Virus record (IMG/VR): IMGVR_UViG_3300018080_000180
Location: 368-64,367 of that record
Strand: one strand, 5' to 3'
Length of the DNA: 64,000 bases
From: a virus
Lineage: Duplodnaviria > Caudoviricetes
Of this stretch, positions 54,838-62,712 are shown one piece after another. A model generated the notes under the pieces. It was not told the origin of the DNA. It saw only the letters and a list, made by a program, of their open reading frames with translations, and did no database searches. How positions within the stretch are numbered: the first letter of the stretch is position 1; every line of letters starts with the position of its first letter. Made by a program: the position numbers and the translations under genes.

Positions 54838-55018
54838 TTTCAAGACTCCTGATGATGGTTTCGATATCTTCGAGCACGGGGAAGCCCCGCGCCACACAAT
54901 TCTGAACAGTCCGCAGGAGGGACGCCAGCACCTGATGCATGGCTGTTACATCACTCACCAAGTAGTACGCCCCCTGCGGACGCTCTCTCATTTTGCATGT
55001 GTTCTGAAAACGCCTCAC
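54683..55018 (-). CDS. Hypothetical protein
   Basis: GTGA coupling to the Tad1-like gene; 3' part overlaps next gene. Confidence 0.35.
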   Translation of the reverse strand: MRRFQNTCKMRERPQGAYYLVSDVTAMHQVLASLLRTVQNCVARGFPVLEDIETIIRSLENGTPPVHMDGQAGNGNEPAGIDRCDHHAESYDQVDEEAAHRRRRALDEHGS

Positions 55019-55335
55019 GTCTCGTGAGTGCCCTCCACGTCGCGCTCTTCGCGATCCTTGGTCCGGTTGTTGAGATACTCCATAGCAAGCTCAAGGTGAT
55101 GAAGAGCCTCAGCGTTGTCCTGACACCTGAACCGCGACTCCTGATAATACCGGATCCTGTCAGCTGCCGCATCGATGATATCCTCAACGAATGCGCCGTT
55201 TGGCTCCTTGCGCCCCTCACCACGACCGAGCGGACCATTCTGCCAGCCGATAGCAAAGCCACGACCAAACGTGGTGCCGCCGGCAGGGTTGCCATTGGCA
55301 TCATCAAAGTGCATGCTGCTGATACCCATTCTCAT
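55015..55335 (-). CDS. tad1: Tad1-like anti-defence nucleotide sponge
   Basis: WQNGP...NGAFVEDII..AADRI.YYQ..RF.CQDN..AL..LE.A...L..RT.DR..RDVEGT. Confidence 0.75.
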   Translation of the reverse strand: MRMGISSMHFDDANGNPAGGTTFGRGFAIGWQNGPLGRGEGRKEPNGAFVEDIIDAAADRIRYYQESRFRCQDNAEALHHLELAMEYLNNRTKDREERDVEGTHET

Positions 55336-55643
55336 CTCTTCCTCCTATGATATTCGATCAGCTTCGTGCCGACCGAGGTTGTACATTTGACCGTGTGCGG
55401 CTCGTTGATCGGAGTGGTCAGGCCGTGCTGCTCGGTGACCCGCGGGCTGCAGCCAGTAAGCCAGAAGACAATCACACCGGCGACAATCAGTATCACATAT
55501 CCAGTGATCGTGGCCACCCAGAACCTGCGCTTCTGCTCCAACTGGTAACAGCGTCGGCAATCAATGCGTATCGATACGTTCGGGCCAACATCCGTGACCT
55601 TCCCGTGCTCACCGTTGCAATCCGGGCAGACGTCACCCCTCAT
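55332..55643 (-). CDS. Zn-finger + membrane protein
   Basis: CPDC...CRRC, TM helix ending LTGC. Confidence 0.55.
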   Translation of the reverse strand: MRGDVCPDCNGEHGKVTDVGPNVSIRIDCRRCYQLEQKRRFWVATITGYVILIVAGVIVFWLTGCSPRVTEQHGLTTPINEPHTVKCTTSVGTKLIEYHRRKR

Positions 55644-55741
55644 GATTTCCTCCCGGTGCCTTTGCAGTCCTCTGGAGTATCCGACTCATTTTCGGCGCAG
55701 TGACGGTTGACAGCACTTTCTATTTCTGATAGCAACGACAT
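55640..55741 (-). pseudogene. Truncated/chimeric small ORF at start of last cassette
   Basis: AGGAGG SD; MSLLSEIESAVNRHCAENESDTP then switches to CKGTG. Confidence 0.45.
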
Positions 55742-55777
55742 AGCAAACCTCCTATAAATTCAAAGAGAAAACATTTC

Positions 55778-55860
55778 TTACAACGTCTGATAAATGGTGA
55801 AGTTGCAAAGCAATTTGGCGAAGCCCGGAACGAAGTGGAGCACCATTTATTTGTTGGGCG
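55778..55860 (-). repeat. attC-like site C
   Basis: CGCCCAAC-aa-ATAAATGGTG...CACCATTTAT-cagac-GTTGTAA. Confidence 0.7.
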
Positions 55861-55907
55861 CTGTAAACCGGTGACTCCATATTTCGTTCCGGGCTCACCA
55901 CGGGTTG

Positions 55908-56087
55908 TTACCGACTAACCCGCGTATTATCGGCAGGTGCAGAGCGGTCGAGCTTTTTCAAATTCGGCTTTGCTCGTGGCACCATTTTGTACTCAGGGAA
56001 CTCCTTTGCGATAATTTTCTTTGCCTCGGATACCGTAACATCTTTAAACCTGTCCACTTTTCGCGGAATAGAATTGCGAATAGGCAT
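55908..56087 (-). CDS. Cassette C ORF (59 aa, MPIRNSIPRK)
   Basis: AAGGAGG SD; below ORF-track cutoff. Confidence 0.6.
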   Translation of the reverse strand: MPIRNSIPRKVDRFKDVTVSEAKKIIAKEFPEYKMVPRAKPNLKKLDRSAPADNTRVSR

Positions 56088-56151
56088 ATAGCCTCCTTGT
56101 TAAGAAAATGTAGTGGTGAGCCCCTATAATAAAGACTCACCGGTTTATTGC

Positions 56152-56217
56152 GCCCAACGTCCCGGCCCACTCGCCCGAAGTGCGGTACTCCGCATTTTGG
56201 GCTGGGCCTGTTGTACG
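56152..56217 (-). repeat. attC-like site B
   Basis: CGTACAAC-a-GGCCCA GCCC..TGCGG agta CCGCA..GGGC gag TGGGCC-gggac-GTTGGGC. Confidence 0.75.
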
Positions 56218-56238
56218 AAGTTTTGCCGGATCCCATAT

Positions 56239-56499
56239 TTATTCTTCCGGTGCAAACTCAGCAACATCTACGTCCAGGCATTTAATATTATCACGCGAAT
56301 CTTCGAGACAAATTAGCGTTACCATACAATCACGAAGCGCATTCATTTCATCGCGAATATCACCGACACACAAAGGATCGCCGTGCTCGCGTGAATCGCT
56401 AATGGTTGAATCGCCGTGAATGCGTCCGTTGAGTTCAGCACAAAGCTTATTAAATGCCGTAACGCCCTTCATGCGAAAACTGTCAAAGTCAATTTGCAT
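56239..56499 (-). CDS. Cassette B ORF (86 aa)
   Basis: Fills cassette between GTT 56558 and attC B. Confidence 0.65.
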   Translation of the reverse strand: MQIDFDSFRMKGVTAFNKLCAELNGRIHGDSTISDSREHGDPLCVGDIRDEMNALRDCMVTLICLEDSRDNIKCLDVDVAEFAPEE

Positions 56500-56551
56500 A
56501 GATACCCTTTATTTTGCGCCGGACTACAATAAAGCTCTCCGGCAAAATTTC

Positions 56552-56731
56552 TTACAACGGTTCGCGCTACAGATGCCGTAGCACGATATTTTGCCAATCG
56601 GCACGGATATGGTCAAGCGTTATGTCGCTGATCTGCTCCCACTCTTGTTTGAGGCCACGCCGATCAGAAATGTCTTTTTCAAGTGCCGCTACAATTTTAA
56701 GTGCTATGGCAATCTTAGCGCTGTTGTCGGC
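56552..56731 (-). repeat. Long attC-like site A (overlaps coding sequence)
   Basis: GCCGACAAC-a-GCGCTAAGATTGCCATAGCAC...GTGCTACGGCATCTGTAGCGC-gaacc-GTTGTAA. Confidence 0.6.
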
Positions 56732-56932
56732 TCGTTGCTCGACATTAGATCGCTGAGGTTTGTCATGCACGAATTGCCGATTGCACACATACACATCAAA
56801 CGATGGAATGTAGACTGCGCGGCGTTCTCCGCATGCTCTCACCTCTTCCGCTGTGGACAAAAACCCACCGAGCCTGACCACCACGTTCTTTTCGTTTTGC
56901 AAGAGAGAACGCGCTTCGTTTTGTTCCTGCAT
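56567..56932 (-). CDS. Cassette A ORF (121 aa, MQEQNEARS)
   Basis: GGAGG SD; C-terminal DISDRRGLKQEWEQI motif. Confidence 0.6.
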   Translation of the reverse strand: MQEQNEARSLLQNEKNVVVRLGGFLSTAEEVRACGERRAVYIPSFDVYVCNRQFVHDKPQRSNVEQRADNSAKIAIALKIVAALEKDISDRRGLKQEWEQISDITLDHIRADWQNIVLRHL

Positions 56933-57100
56933 GACAAACCTCCAATAATTCAACTGGCAATGGCCGACAACTCGTTCTATGCGGTCATTAATGGGGGTAG
57001 GATGCGGCATAGTGGTCGATGGTTCATCGTGTCTGGAGCTACCATAATTCCCACTATTAACGATATACTTTCCATCGTATCGTTGCACACACCACTACCC

Positions 57101-57607
57101 CTATTCTGTCCCCCTCTGATTATCCGGCAGGATCAGCAGTGGCCTCTGGATGTCCTTGCCGCCCGAGGTGATGTCCTTCTTGATCGGAGCATAGTTGCCG
57201 ACCATCTTGTTGAGCTCCTGTATGTAGCTAAGCTGGATCCTGCGATCATTGTACATGCGCTTGACCATATCGATCACCTTTTCGTCCATGACCCCTTCGG
57301 CACTATCAGCCTCCTGAAACAGCTTGACCACGCGCTCGGTGAGCTGCTGCCCATGCTCAATACCCTCAACGATCCTCTGCACGAGCTTGGCCTTCGGCAT
57401 GCCGGCCTTCACGAACATCTTCTCGGTGTCGCCCATGATCTTTTCTTCGATCTGGTCTGCGAGCCTGCCCTTCTTCCACTTCTTGTTGGCGACACGTTTA
57501 TGTATCGTCACCGCTGAAATTTTATACTTCTTTGATATATCTGCTACAGACGTGCCCATCTCGTAGGCAGCCTTGCACTTGGCCCAAAGTACCGCAGAAT
57601 AAGCCAC
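57101..57607 (-). CDS. terS: Terminase small subunit
   Basis: N-terminal HTH; C-terminal ELNKMVGNYAPIKKDITSGGKDI..LILPDN. Confidence 0.7.
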   Translation of the reverse strand: MAYSAVLWAKCKAAYEMGTSVADISKKYKISAVTIHKRVANKKWKKGRLADQIEEKIMGDTEKMFVKAGMPKAKLVQRIVEGIEHGQQLTERVVKLFQEADSAEGVMDEKVIDMVKRMYNDRRIQLSYIQELNKMVGNYAPIKKDITSGGKDIQRPLLILPDNQRGTE

Positions 57608-57898
57608 TTACAGTGCCTCCGGACCCGGGTCAGGTTCGAACTCTGGGGCATGAAACATACCCTCGACTTCTCTGCCGCCTTCCTGCTCCAGCTCCTTGAG
57701 CAGTATAGCCATGGTGGCGCCTATTGCATGGTGGAGATACCGCATGCCGTTGTCTCCAGCTGAGGCTACCACCTGTGGAGCTATGCCCTGCCTTGCGTAC
57801 ATGGGGATACCCGGAGCGTCAGGCCCTGAGGTAGATATCTCGATGACATACGGAGCCCCGGGCTCATCGACCCTGCTGAGATCAACGGTGAGCTTCAT
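57608..57898 (-). CDS. Hypothetical protein (96 aa)
   Basis: Coupled ORF. Confidence 0.6.
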   Translation of the reverse strand: MKLTVDLSRVDEPGAPYVIEISTSGPDAPGIPMYARQGIAPQVVASAGDNGMRYLHHAIGATMAILLKELEQEGGREVEGMFHAPEFEPDPGPEAL

Positions 57899-58119
57899 AC
57901 GTCCCTCATTCCCAGATACTTGAATACCCGCTGGCCCTCGGCGCCGTCATGGTCAACACCGTAAACGTGGACCCGTGGCTTGACTTCGGTATCGTCCTGA
58001 ACCTTTGACGGCACGGGCAGCGGCTCGGCAATGTAGATCTGGTATTTACCCATCTCAGCCATGATCCTCAGGCCGTCGAACTTGCCCCCGGACAGCTCAA
58101 CCTTCATCTCTTCTACCAT
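57895..58119 (-). CDS. Hypothetical protein (74 aa)
   Basis: ELSGGKFDG...HVY small phage family motif. Confidence 0.6.
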   Translation of the reverse strand: MVEEMKVELSGGKFDGLRIMAEMGKYQIYIAEPLPVPSKVQDDTEVKPRVHVYGVDHDGAEGQRVFKYLGMRDV

Positions 58120-58760
58120 GACGGCCTCCCGGTTTTCGAGGATCTCCCCCGGCTCATGTTGGCCTTCTCAATGACCAGCACGCGACCGTATAAGGTCATC
58201 GAATATGCCGTTCTGGTGAAATAGCCCTTCTCGCCGGCCCACCACCCGTTCATTCTATCGATCAAGGTCTTTGCATACTCGATCATTGTCCCGGGCCTCC
58301 TTAGGCCACCGCCGTACCGTGGCAGGTAGCTGGTCTGAAGATCCTCCACAAGGTAGATGCCGCCGATCTTGACCGATCGATACATGCCCTCGAACGTGGC
58401 GATCTGCTGCTCCATCCTGTGGCCGCCGTCATCGATCAGGATATCGATAGGTCCGACAACACCGCAAACCTTCTTCAGGAAGGCCGGGTCAGCCTGATCT
58501 CCGATGAGCACCTTGATCCCGGGTTCGGCAGCCACCTTGCACTTCGGGTTCTTGTCGACGCCGAATATCCGCGCCCCCGGGCCGAAGTATGACTTCCACA
58601 TCTGCAGGGATCCACCATGGCTCACGCCGAACTCGATCACGGTCGGCTTCTTGTTCCGGAACTTTTTGAAGTGCCGGTGATAGATGGCGAAGTAGTCCAG
58701 CCATTTATGGATCAGCCGACCCTTGTTGTGGCGAAAGTATTCGCTGAGCGGGTTACTCAT
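58113..58760 (-). CDS. Class I SAM-dependent (sugar O-)methyltransferase
   Basis: IHKWLDY, VIEFGVSHGGSLQMW, IGDQAD, IDDGGH, YLVEDL. Confidence 0.88.
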   Translation of the reverse strand: MSNPLSEYFRHNKGRLIHKWLDYFAIYHRHFKKFRNKKPTVIEFGVSHGGSLQMWKSYFGPGARIFGVDKNPKCKVAAEPGIKVLIGDQADPAFLKKVCGVVGPIDILIDDGGHRMEQQIATFEGMYRSVKIGGIYLVEDLQTSYLPRYGGGLRRPGTMIEYAKTLIDRMNGWWAGEKGYFTRTAYSMTLYGRVLVIEKANMSRGRSSKTGRPSW

Positions 58761-59022
58761 CGCTGGCGTACTTCCCGACAATGTGCTCGGCCTTGACACA
58801 GAGCAGCGTCTCCACCCCGACCACCACGTCGATGCCGGCCTTCCGCAGGGTCACGATCACATCTCCGACCGATACACCCTCGACCTCTGGGCCGACGGCC
58901 AGCACCTCCATGCGGTTGTCAGACTCCCGGACAGTGTCTGGGATGATGATCCCGCCCGGGGTCTTCTTTGCCGCCTCGACCCGACGAACCAGCACCATGT
59001 CCTTATACGGTACAAACTTCAT
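58753..59022 (-). CDS. groES: Co-chaperonin GroES (Cpn10)
   Basis: PYKDMVLV...KTPGGIIIPD...VLAVGP...VSVGDVI. Confidence 0.85.
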   Translation of the reverse strand: MKFVPYKDMVLVRRVEAAKKTPGGIIIPDTVRESDNRMEVLAVGPEVEGVSVGDVIVTLRKAGIDVVVGVETLLCVKAEHIVGKYASDE

Positions 59023-59332
59023 TTTTCGCTCCCTCCATTATTCTTTTGGCGATCCCAGACTCAAACAGGAACCCTCCGCCGTTTTTGGTGTGTACCTCAA
59101 GCCATCCGCCGAAGTGTTGGCGTATTCTGCTCACCACGCACTCGCCATTGGATAACTCATAAAACGATTCCTTTATCTGAGATAACTTGTTCTGATAGTC
59201 GTCCCACATTCTGATCAGACCGGAGCGCTCATTGATTCGGCGAGCATACATGAGCTCGGCAGACCCGTACTCTCCCCACGAGTAGGGCTCAGAGTAAAAC
59301 CACACCTCGCAGTGGTCGCAGCCAAGGCGCAT
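59003..59332 (-). CDS. Hypothetical protein
   Basis: ORF; start uncertain. Confidence 0.45.
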   Translation of the reverse strand: MRLGCDHCEVWFYSEPYSWGEYGSAELMYARRINERSGLIRMWDDYQNKLSQIKESFYELSNGECVVSRIRQHFGGWLEVHTKNGGGFLFESGIAKRIMEGAKNEVCTV

Positions 59333-59449
59333 GCTCTGCTTCTTCTCGTATTCGGTAAGCTCCCATTCAAACTGCGGATAATATCTCTGAGGGCGCGAGT
59401 GAGATTCTGCCCGAGAGTCAAGTCTGACATATTGGCAACCTCCTATGAT

Positions 59450-59478
59450 ATTATACTATACGGCTTTCTGCTCTGCAA
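59450..59478 (-). promoter_or_regulatory. Sigma70-type promoter
   Basis: TTGCAG-17-TATAAT, then AGGAGG SD and ATG 59430. Confidence 0.6.
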
Positions 59479-59911
59479 CCATCGCGACGTTCCACGCATT
59501 GATCATGAAGTCGACCAGCACTGAAAGGTTCGTCGACTCACGAAGCTCAACCGAAGGCATCGTCCTGCACTTGCATCCGATCGCAATCTTCTGCTCGTGC
59601 GTCGTGGTGATCTCGCTCATTATCATGGGCAGATACCCACACTTCGGACATCGCACCCCCCGGACTCTTAGCCTCCTCAGTATCTCCCGGTGCTGGTTGG
59701 ATATCCTGTACGTGGCCTCATCGAACGGCAGCGGGTTATTCCGCAGCCGATCGAGAACCTCCTGTGGCCGCTGGCCAACGTCGGCCCGAACAGAGCTGAA
59801 GGTATCGTCCTCTTCCTTCTTCTTCTGCCGTTCAGCATGGAGATTCCTGAGCCATGGGAAGTAGATCCATACCAGCACGGCAGCCGCAACGACCACAAAG
59901 ATGCCGGTCAC
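59456..59911 (-). CDS. Membrane-anchored protein with Lar-like Zn ribbon
   Basis: N-terminal TM; CPKCG...IGCKC...INAWN. Confidence 0.55.
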   Translation of the reverse strand: MTGIFVVVAAAVLVWIYFPWLRNLHAERQKKKEEDDTFSSVRADVGQRPQEVLDRLRNNPLPFDEATYRISNQHREILRRLRVRGVRCPKCGYLPMIMSEITTTHEQKIAIGCKCRTMPSVELRESTNLSVLVDFMINAWNVAMVAEQKAV

Positions 59912-60909
59912 GAGAGGGGCTCTCTTAACTTGAGCGTCGTCGATCGAAGCTGCCTTAAAAACCTATCGGTTTCGCTGCGTGGAGTTGGCGTCATGAGCCC
60001 GACTTCCCTGTCAAGGGTCATCGTTAAGTCCTCCAGACCCTCAACCATCCGCAGATAATCATCCCGGCGCCACACAACGTGATCCTCGCCCAGAGCTTTC
60101 CGGGATCGGTCGATTAGCCTCCGAAGTCCTTCCGGGTTTGATTTTTTCAAATAGCCGACAAGCACCTTCTCGTTTTCGTCGGCAAGCAACCGTTCCATCT
60201 CTGCAATATTTAATGCGATCTCATTCTGAAATGAAGGAGAATGAAGAGACAGCATCTTTTTCGCGCCGGCAATCTCGAACACCTCCCCGGGCTTGTGCTT
60301 TGGGTCAGCCTTCATGAAGACACCGTCAGGGATGTCCGTCTTCTTGCACGTGTAACTTTTGAACGTCGGGACACTGATGTCATAACCAGTGCCATCGAAC
60401 ATCTCCTTGAGGTCCTCGGCGCTGAACTTCCGCAGAATCGCGTGGATAGTATCCCGGGCAATGTACTTGTCCCGGTGCGGGTCGGGCAACTCCTTGATGA
60501 TAACCTGCGGATCGACGGGCTCACCAGCCTTCCCGTTTTTGAGGCTCTCCATGGACTCGTCCATCATCTTAAGGGTGCGCTCCGAAACACTGTCATCCCT
60601 ATTATGGTCCCACTGCCCGGGAACACTGTCAATTCCGGGATCAGAGCCGGCCCTGACGTGATCCTTGACGCTCGGCTCCTCCAGCCGTTCGACACGCTCG
60701 CTAAGGCTCATCATGGTCTGACGGTGGGTCAGCAGGGCGTTGTCCATGGTTTCTAGGCGCTTGAGCACCTTCCCGAGCGTCTCGCTCATGGTGTCCACCC
60801 GGGCAGTGAGCTCAGTGACGCTATCGTCGTGCGCCCTGTACCCATCCAGCTTTTCAGATAGCTTGGCTATTCTGTCACACAGATGTGCGTATTTTTCCTC
60901 CACAGTCAC
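59908..60909 (-). CDS. Coiled-coil hypothetical protein (333 aa)
   Basis: AGGAGGAG SD; heptad repeats. Confidence 0.7.
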   Translation of the reverse strand: MTVEEKYAHLCDRIAKLSEKLDGYRAHDDSVTELTARVDTMSETLGKVLKRLETMDNALLTHRQTMMSLSERVERLEEPSVKDHVRAGSDPGIDSVPGQWDHNRDDSVSERTLKMMDESMESLKNGKAGEPVDPQVIIKELPDPHRDKYIARDTIHAILRKFSAEDLKEMFDGTGYDISVPTFKSYTCKKTDIPDGVFMKADPKHKPGEVFEIAGAKKMLSLHSPSFQNEIALNIAEMERLLADENEKVLVGYLKKSNPEGLRRLIDRSRKALGEDHVVWRRDDYLRMVEGLEDLTMTLDREVGLMTPTPRSETDRFLRQLRSTTLKLREPLS

Positions 60910-60986
60910 CTTCTCCTCCTGTGCGGATAAGTTGTGAATTACTGCACCTCGCCGTCGTCTTCCTGAGCCGTGAAAAGAGGAATCAT

Positions 60987-61313
60987 CTACTCAAAGGCCT
61001 TCCCGCCCGGAATATCGTGGACAACCTCAGCCAAGCCATCCCCGAATATTGGCCGGATCCTGAGCTCTCCCTTTGATGGACCCCTGTGTTCGATCTCGGG
61101 AGCCCCATTACACTGGGCGTCACCTTCGGCCCGTTTACGGGCCTCTATGGAGCTCTGAAGGGTATCGACCAGATTCACGATCTGCTGCTCCATGGCCCAG
61201 ATCCACTGGGTGAGCTTCTCAATCCCTATATCTCCTTGATTTACCGTGTCTTTCACGAGGCCACGAATAGCATCGGTGGCCTGATCGTCGCTCAGTTCGA
61301 ACTCGGCCGGCAT
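60987..61313 (-). CDS. Hypothetical protein (108 aa)
   Basis: ORF in operon. Confidence 0.6.
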   Translation of the reverse strand: MPAEFELSDDQATDAIRGLVKDTVNQGDIGIEKLTQWIWAMEQQIVNLVDTLQSSIEARKRAEGDAQCNGAPEIEHRGPSKGELRIRPIFGDGLAEVVHDIPGGKAFE

Positions 61314-61516
61314 ATATCGCCCCTTTCTGATTCCCTGTTCTGGGAGGGCGCCGGGACGCCAAAGGCTTCCATCTTGAGCATTCCGGCCTTGGCTACCTCC
61401 ATGAGCCCGTAGATCCTCAGGCGATCATCTGCCGTGGTTTCACGGAGGTCGTACATGACCGTTATGTTCCCGGTTCCATCCCGGAAGATATTAACCAGAG
61501 AACGCCCCTCGTTCAT
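61292..61516 (-). CDS. Hypothetical protein (74 aa)
   Basis: IYGLMEVAK motif; coupled. Confidence 0.55.
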   Translation of the reverse strand: MNEGRSLVNIFRDGTGNITVMYDLRETTADDRLRIYGLMEVAKAGMLKMEAFGVPAPSQNRESERGDICRPSSN

Positions 61517-61875
61517 AGCGCCACCCTTTCAGGGTTATTGTGGATGTTGCCGACAATGAAGCTGTTCTTGCCGGCGAACATTGCCACGGGATACTGACGC
61601 AGGAAAGCACCGGATCTGAAGCAAGCAAGCATTATCCCGCGCTCAAACCTCACCACGGCATCGACATCGAACTGGTCTGTTTTGATGTGGATGATATCAC
61701 CTTCGAATATCTCACAGCCCTTCGAGTCGTGAATTGAGGACCCGAGCTCAATCAGTAGATCCCGGGGACTGTCTTTGTGGTTGGCCATAGCTTCGAATAT
61801 CACCATGGACATACCAAACGGCTGACACCATGCCATGCGGCGTTTGTTCCATGCGCGAAACGACTTGACCGGCAT
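61513..61875 (-). CDS. YopX family protein
   Basis: SFRAWNK, DSKGCEIFEGDII, IVGNIHNNPE. Confidence 0.85.
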   Translation of the reverse strand: MPVKSFRAWNKRRMAWCQPFGMSMVIFEAMANHKDSPRDLLIELGSSIHDSKGCEIFEGDIIHIKTDQFDVDAVVRFERGIMLACFRSGAFLRQYPVAMFAGKNSFIVGNIHNNPERVAL

Positions 61876-62069
61876 CAGAACTTCCCCATAACCTGCCGGG
61901 ACAGTATCCCGCGCTGGATGTCAATCTTCTGCTCCGGGGCCGGGGTGTCCAGCTCGAACTGGTGCTGACACGCCTGATCCATGCAAACCATCTTCCGAAT
62001 CTTCCCGTCACGACCATAGCACCGTATCGGGTGATATCCGCACTTCGGACAGACTTCTATATCTGCCAT
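61875..62069 (-). CDS. Zn-ribbon protein (64 aa, MADIEVCPKCG)
   Basis: GGGAGAGGG SD; CPKC..C...C.HQF. Confidence 0.6.
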   Translation of the reverse strand: MADIEVCPKCGYHPIRCYGRDGKIRKMVCMDQACQHQFELDTPAPEQKIDIQRGILSRQVMGKF

Positions 62070-62082
62070 ACCCTCTCCCTTG

Positions 62083-62171
62083 AAAAAGGAGAAAGCCCCG
62101 GAACGCTTAAGCGGAAAGTGAAAGTAGGTATCCGGGTTAAGCGTGGGCCTGCGGCTCCGGGGCTCCTCTCC
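62083..62171 (-). ncRNA. Structured leader RNA / attenuator with U-tract
   Basis: ~17-bp stem GGAGAGGAGCCCCGGAGC/GTTCCGGGGCTTTCTCC then TTTTT. Confidence 0.5.
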
Positions 62172-62199
62172 ATTGTATTCAGCGGTTTCATCTATGTAA

Positions 62200-62229
62200 A
62201 ATATATTCATTTTCAATTGATGATGCCAA
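62200..62229 (-). promoter_or_regulatory. Promoter with partial operator (TCAATTGAAAAT)
   Basis: TTGGCA-18-TATATT. Confidence 0.5.
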
Positions 62230-62286
62230 TTAATTTCCAAGCTGCAGCATAAACGACAACGATGACAAGTATGAACGCCGTGGCGA

Positions 62287-62712
62287 CTACCCCTCCCCAG
62301 ACGTCTCCAACCATATTCTTATACTCTCTGCACGTTTCTTGAATGTCGCAATACTCGCAGAGACCCGACCTACGGAACGAGCAACAACCCATGGAACCCT
62401 CCTCGAATTTGTCACCTGCTTACCATGCAGCTTACCGCTCTTGCTCTTGAGCTCAAGGTTCATGGCCAAGCAGAATTGCTCATCAACAGGTATCAAACAC
62501 AGATTGTCCGGGCGCCCACGAAGCTCGCTGAACACAATCTTCTTCTCAAGGACCGTAAGCCGGCGCTCCAAGATCTTGAAGACCTTGTCCGGGATCCTGA
62601 AGTTGAATATTCCCCGCAGCGTCAGCTCATCGTCGGCGTAACTCTGAAGCGGCGCCTCAGACGCAACCTGATTCTTTTCCTTGTCGACCCACTTCTTTTT
62701 TGGCAGGAGCAT
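62287..62712 (-). CDS. Putative late transcription regulator (sigma r4/ArpU-like HTH)
   Basis: LTVLEKKIV...VVARSVGR...IATFKKRA; sits before promoter-leader-terminator. Confidence 0.35.
   Translation of the reverse strand: MLLPKKKWVDKEKNQVASEAPLQSYADDELTLRGIFNFRIPDKVFKILERRLTVLEKKIVFSELRGRPDNLCLIPVDEQFCLAMNLELKSKSGKLHGKQVTNSRRVPWVVARSVGRVSASIATFKKRAESIRIWLETSGEG

Larger units (their letters stand above)
55778..56971 (-). mobile_element. Array of attC-like gene cassettes (CALIN-like), no integrase in window
   Basis: Three complete cassettes, each starting GTTnnnnn complementary to its own downstream nnnnnAAC; AT-richer island. Confidence 0.65.

Noticed and set aside
57055-57086. Mini attC (AACgatac...gtatatcGTT)
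   Set aside because: Too short, and the core complementarity to a downstream site is weak
59215-59430. Programmed frameshift joining the SD-led ORF at 59430 to 59003-59332
   Set aside because: The other frame is open, but no slippery heptamer is seen
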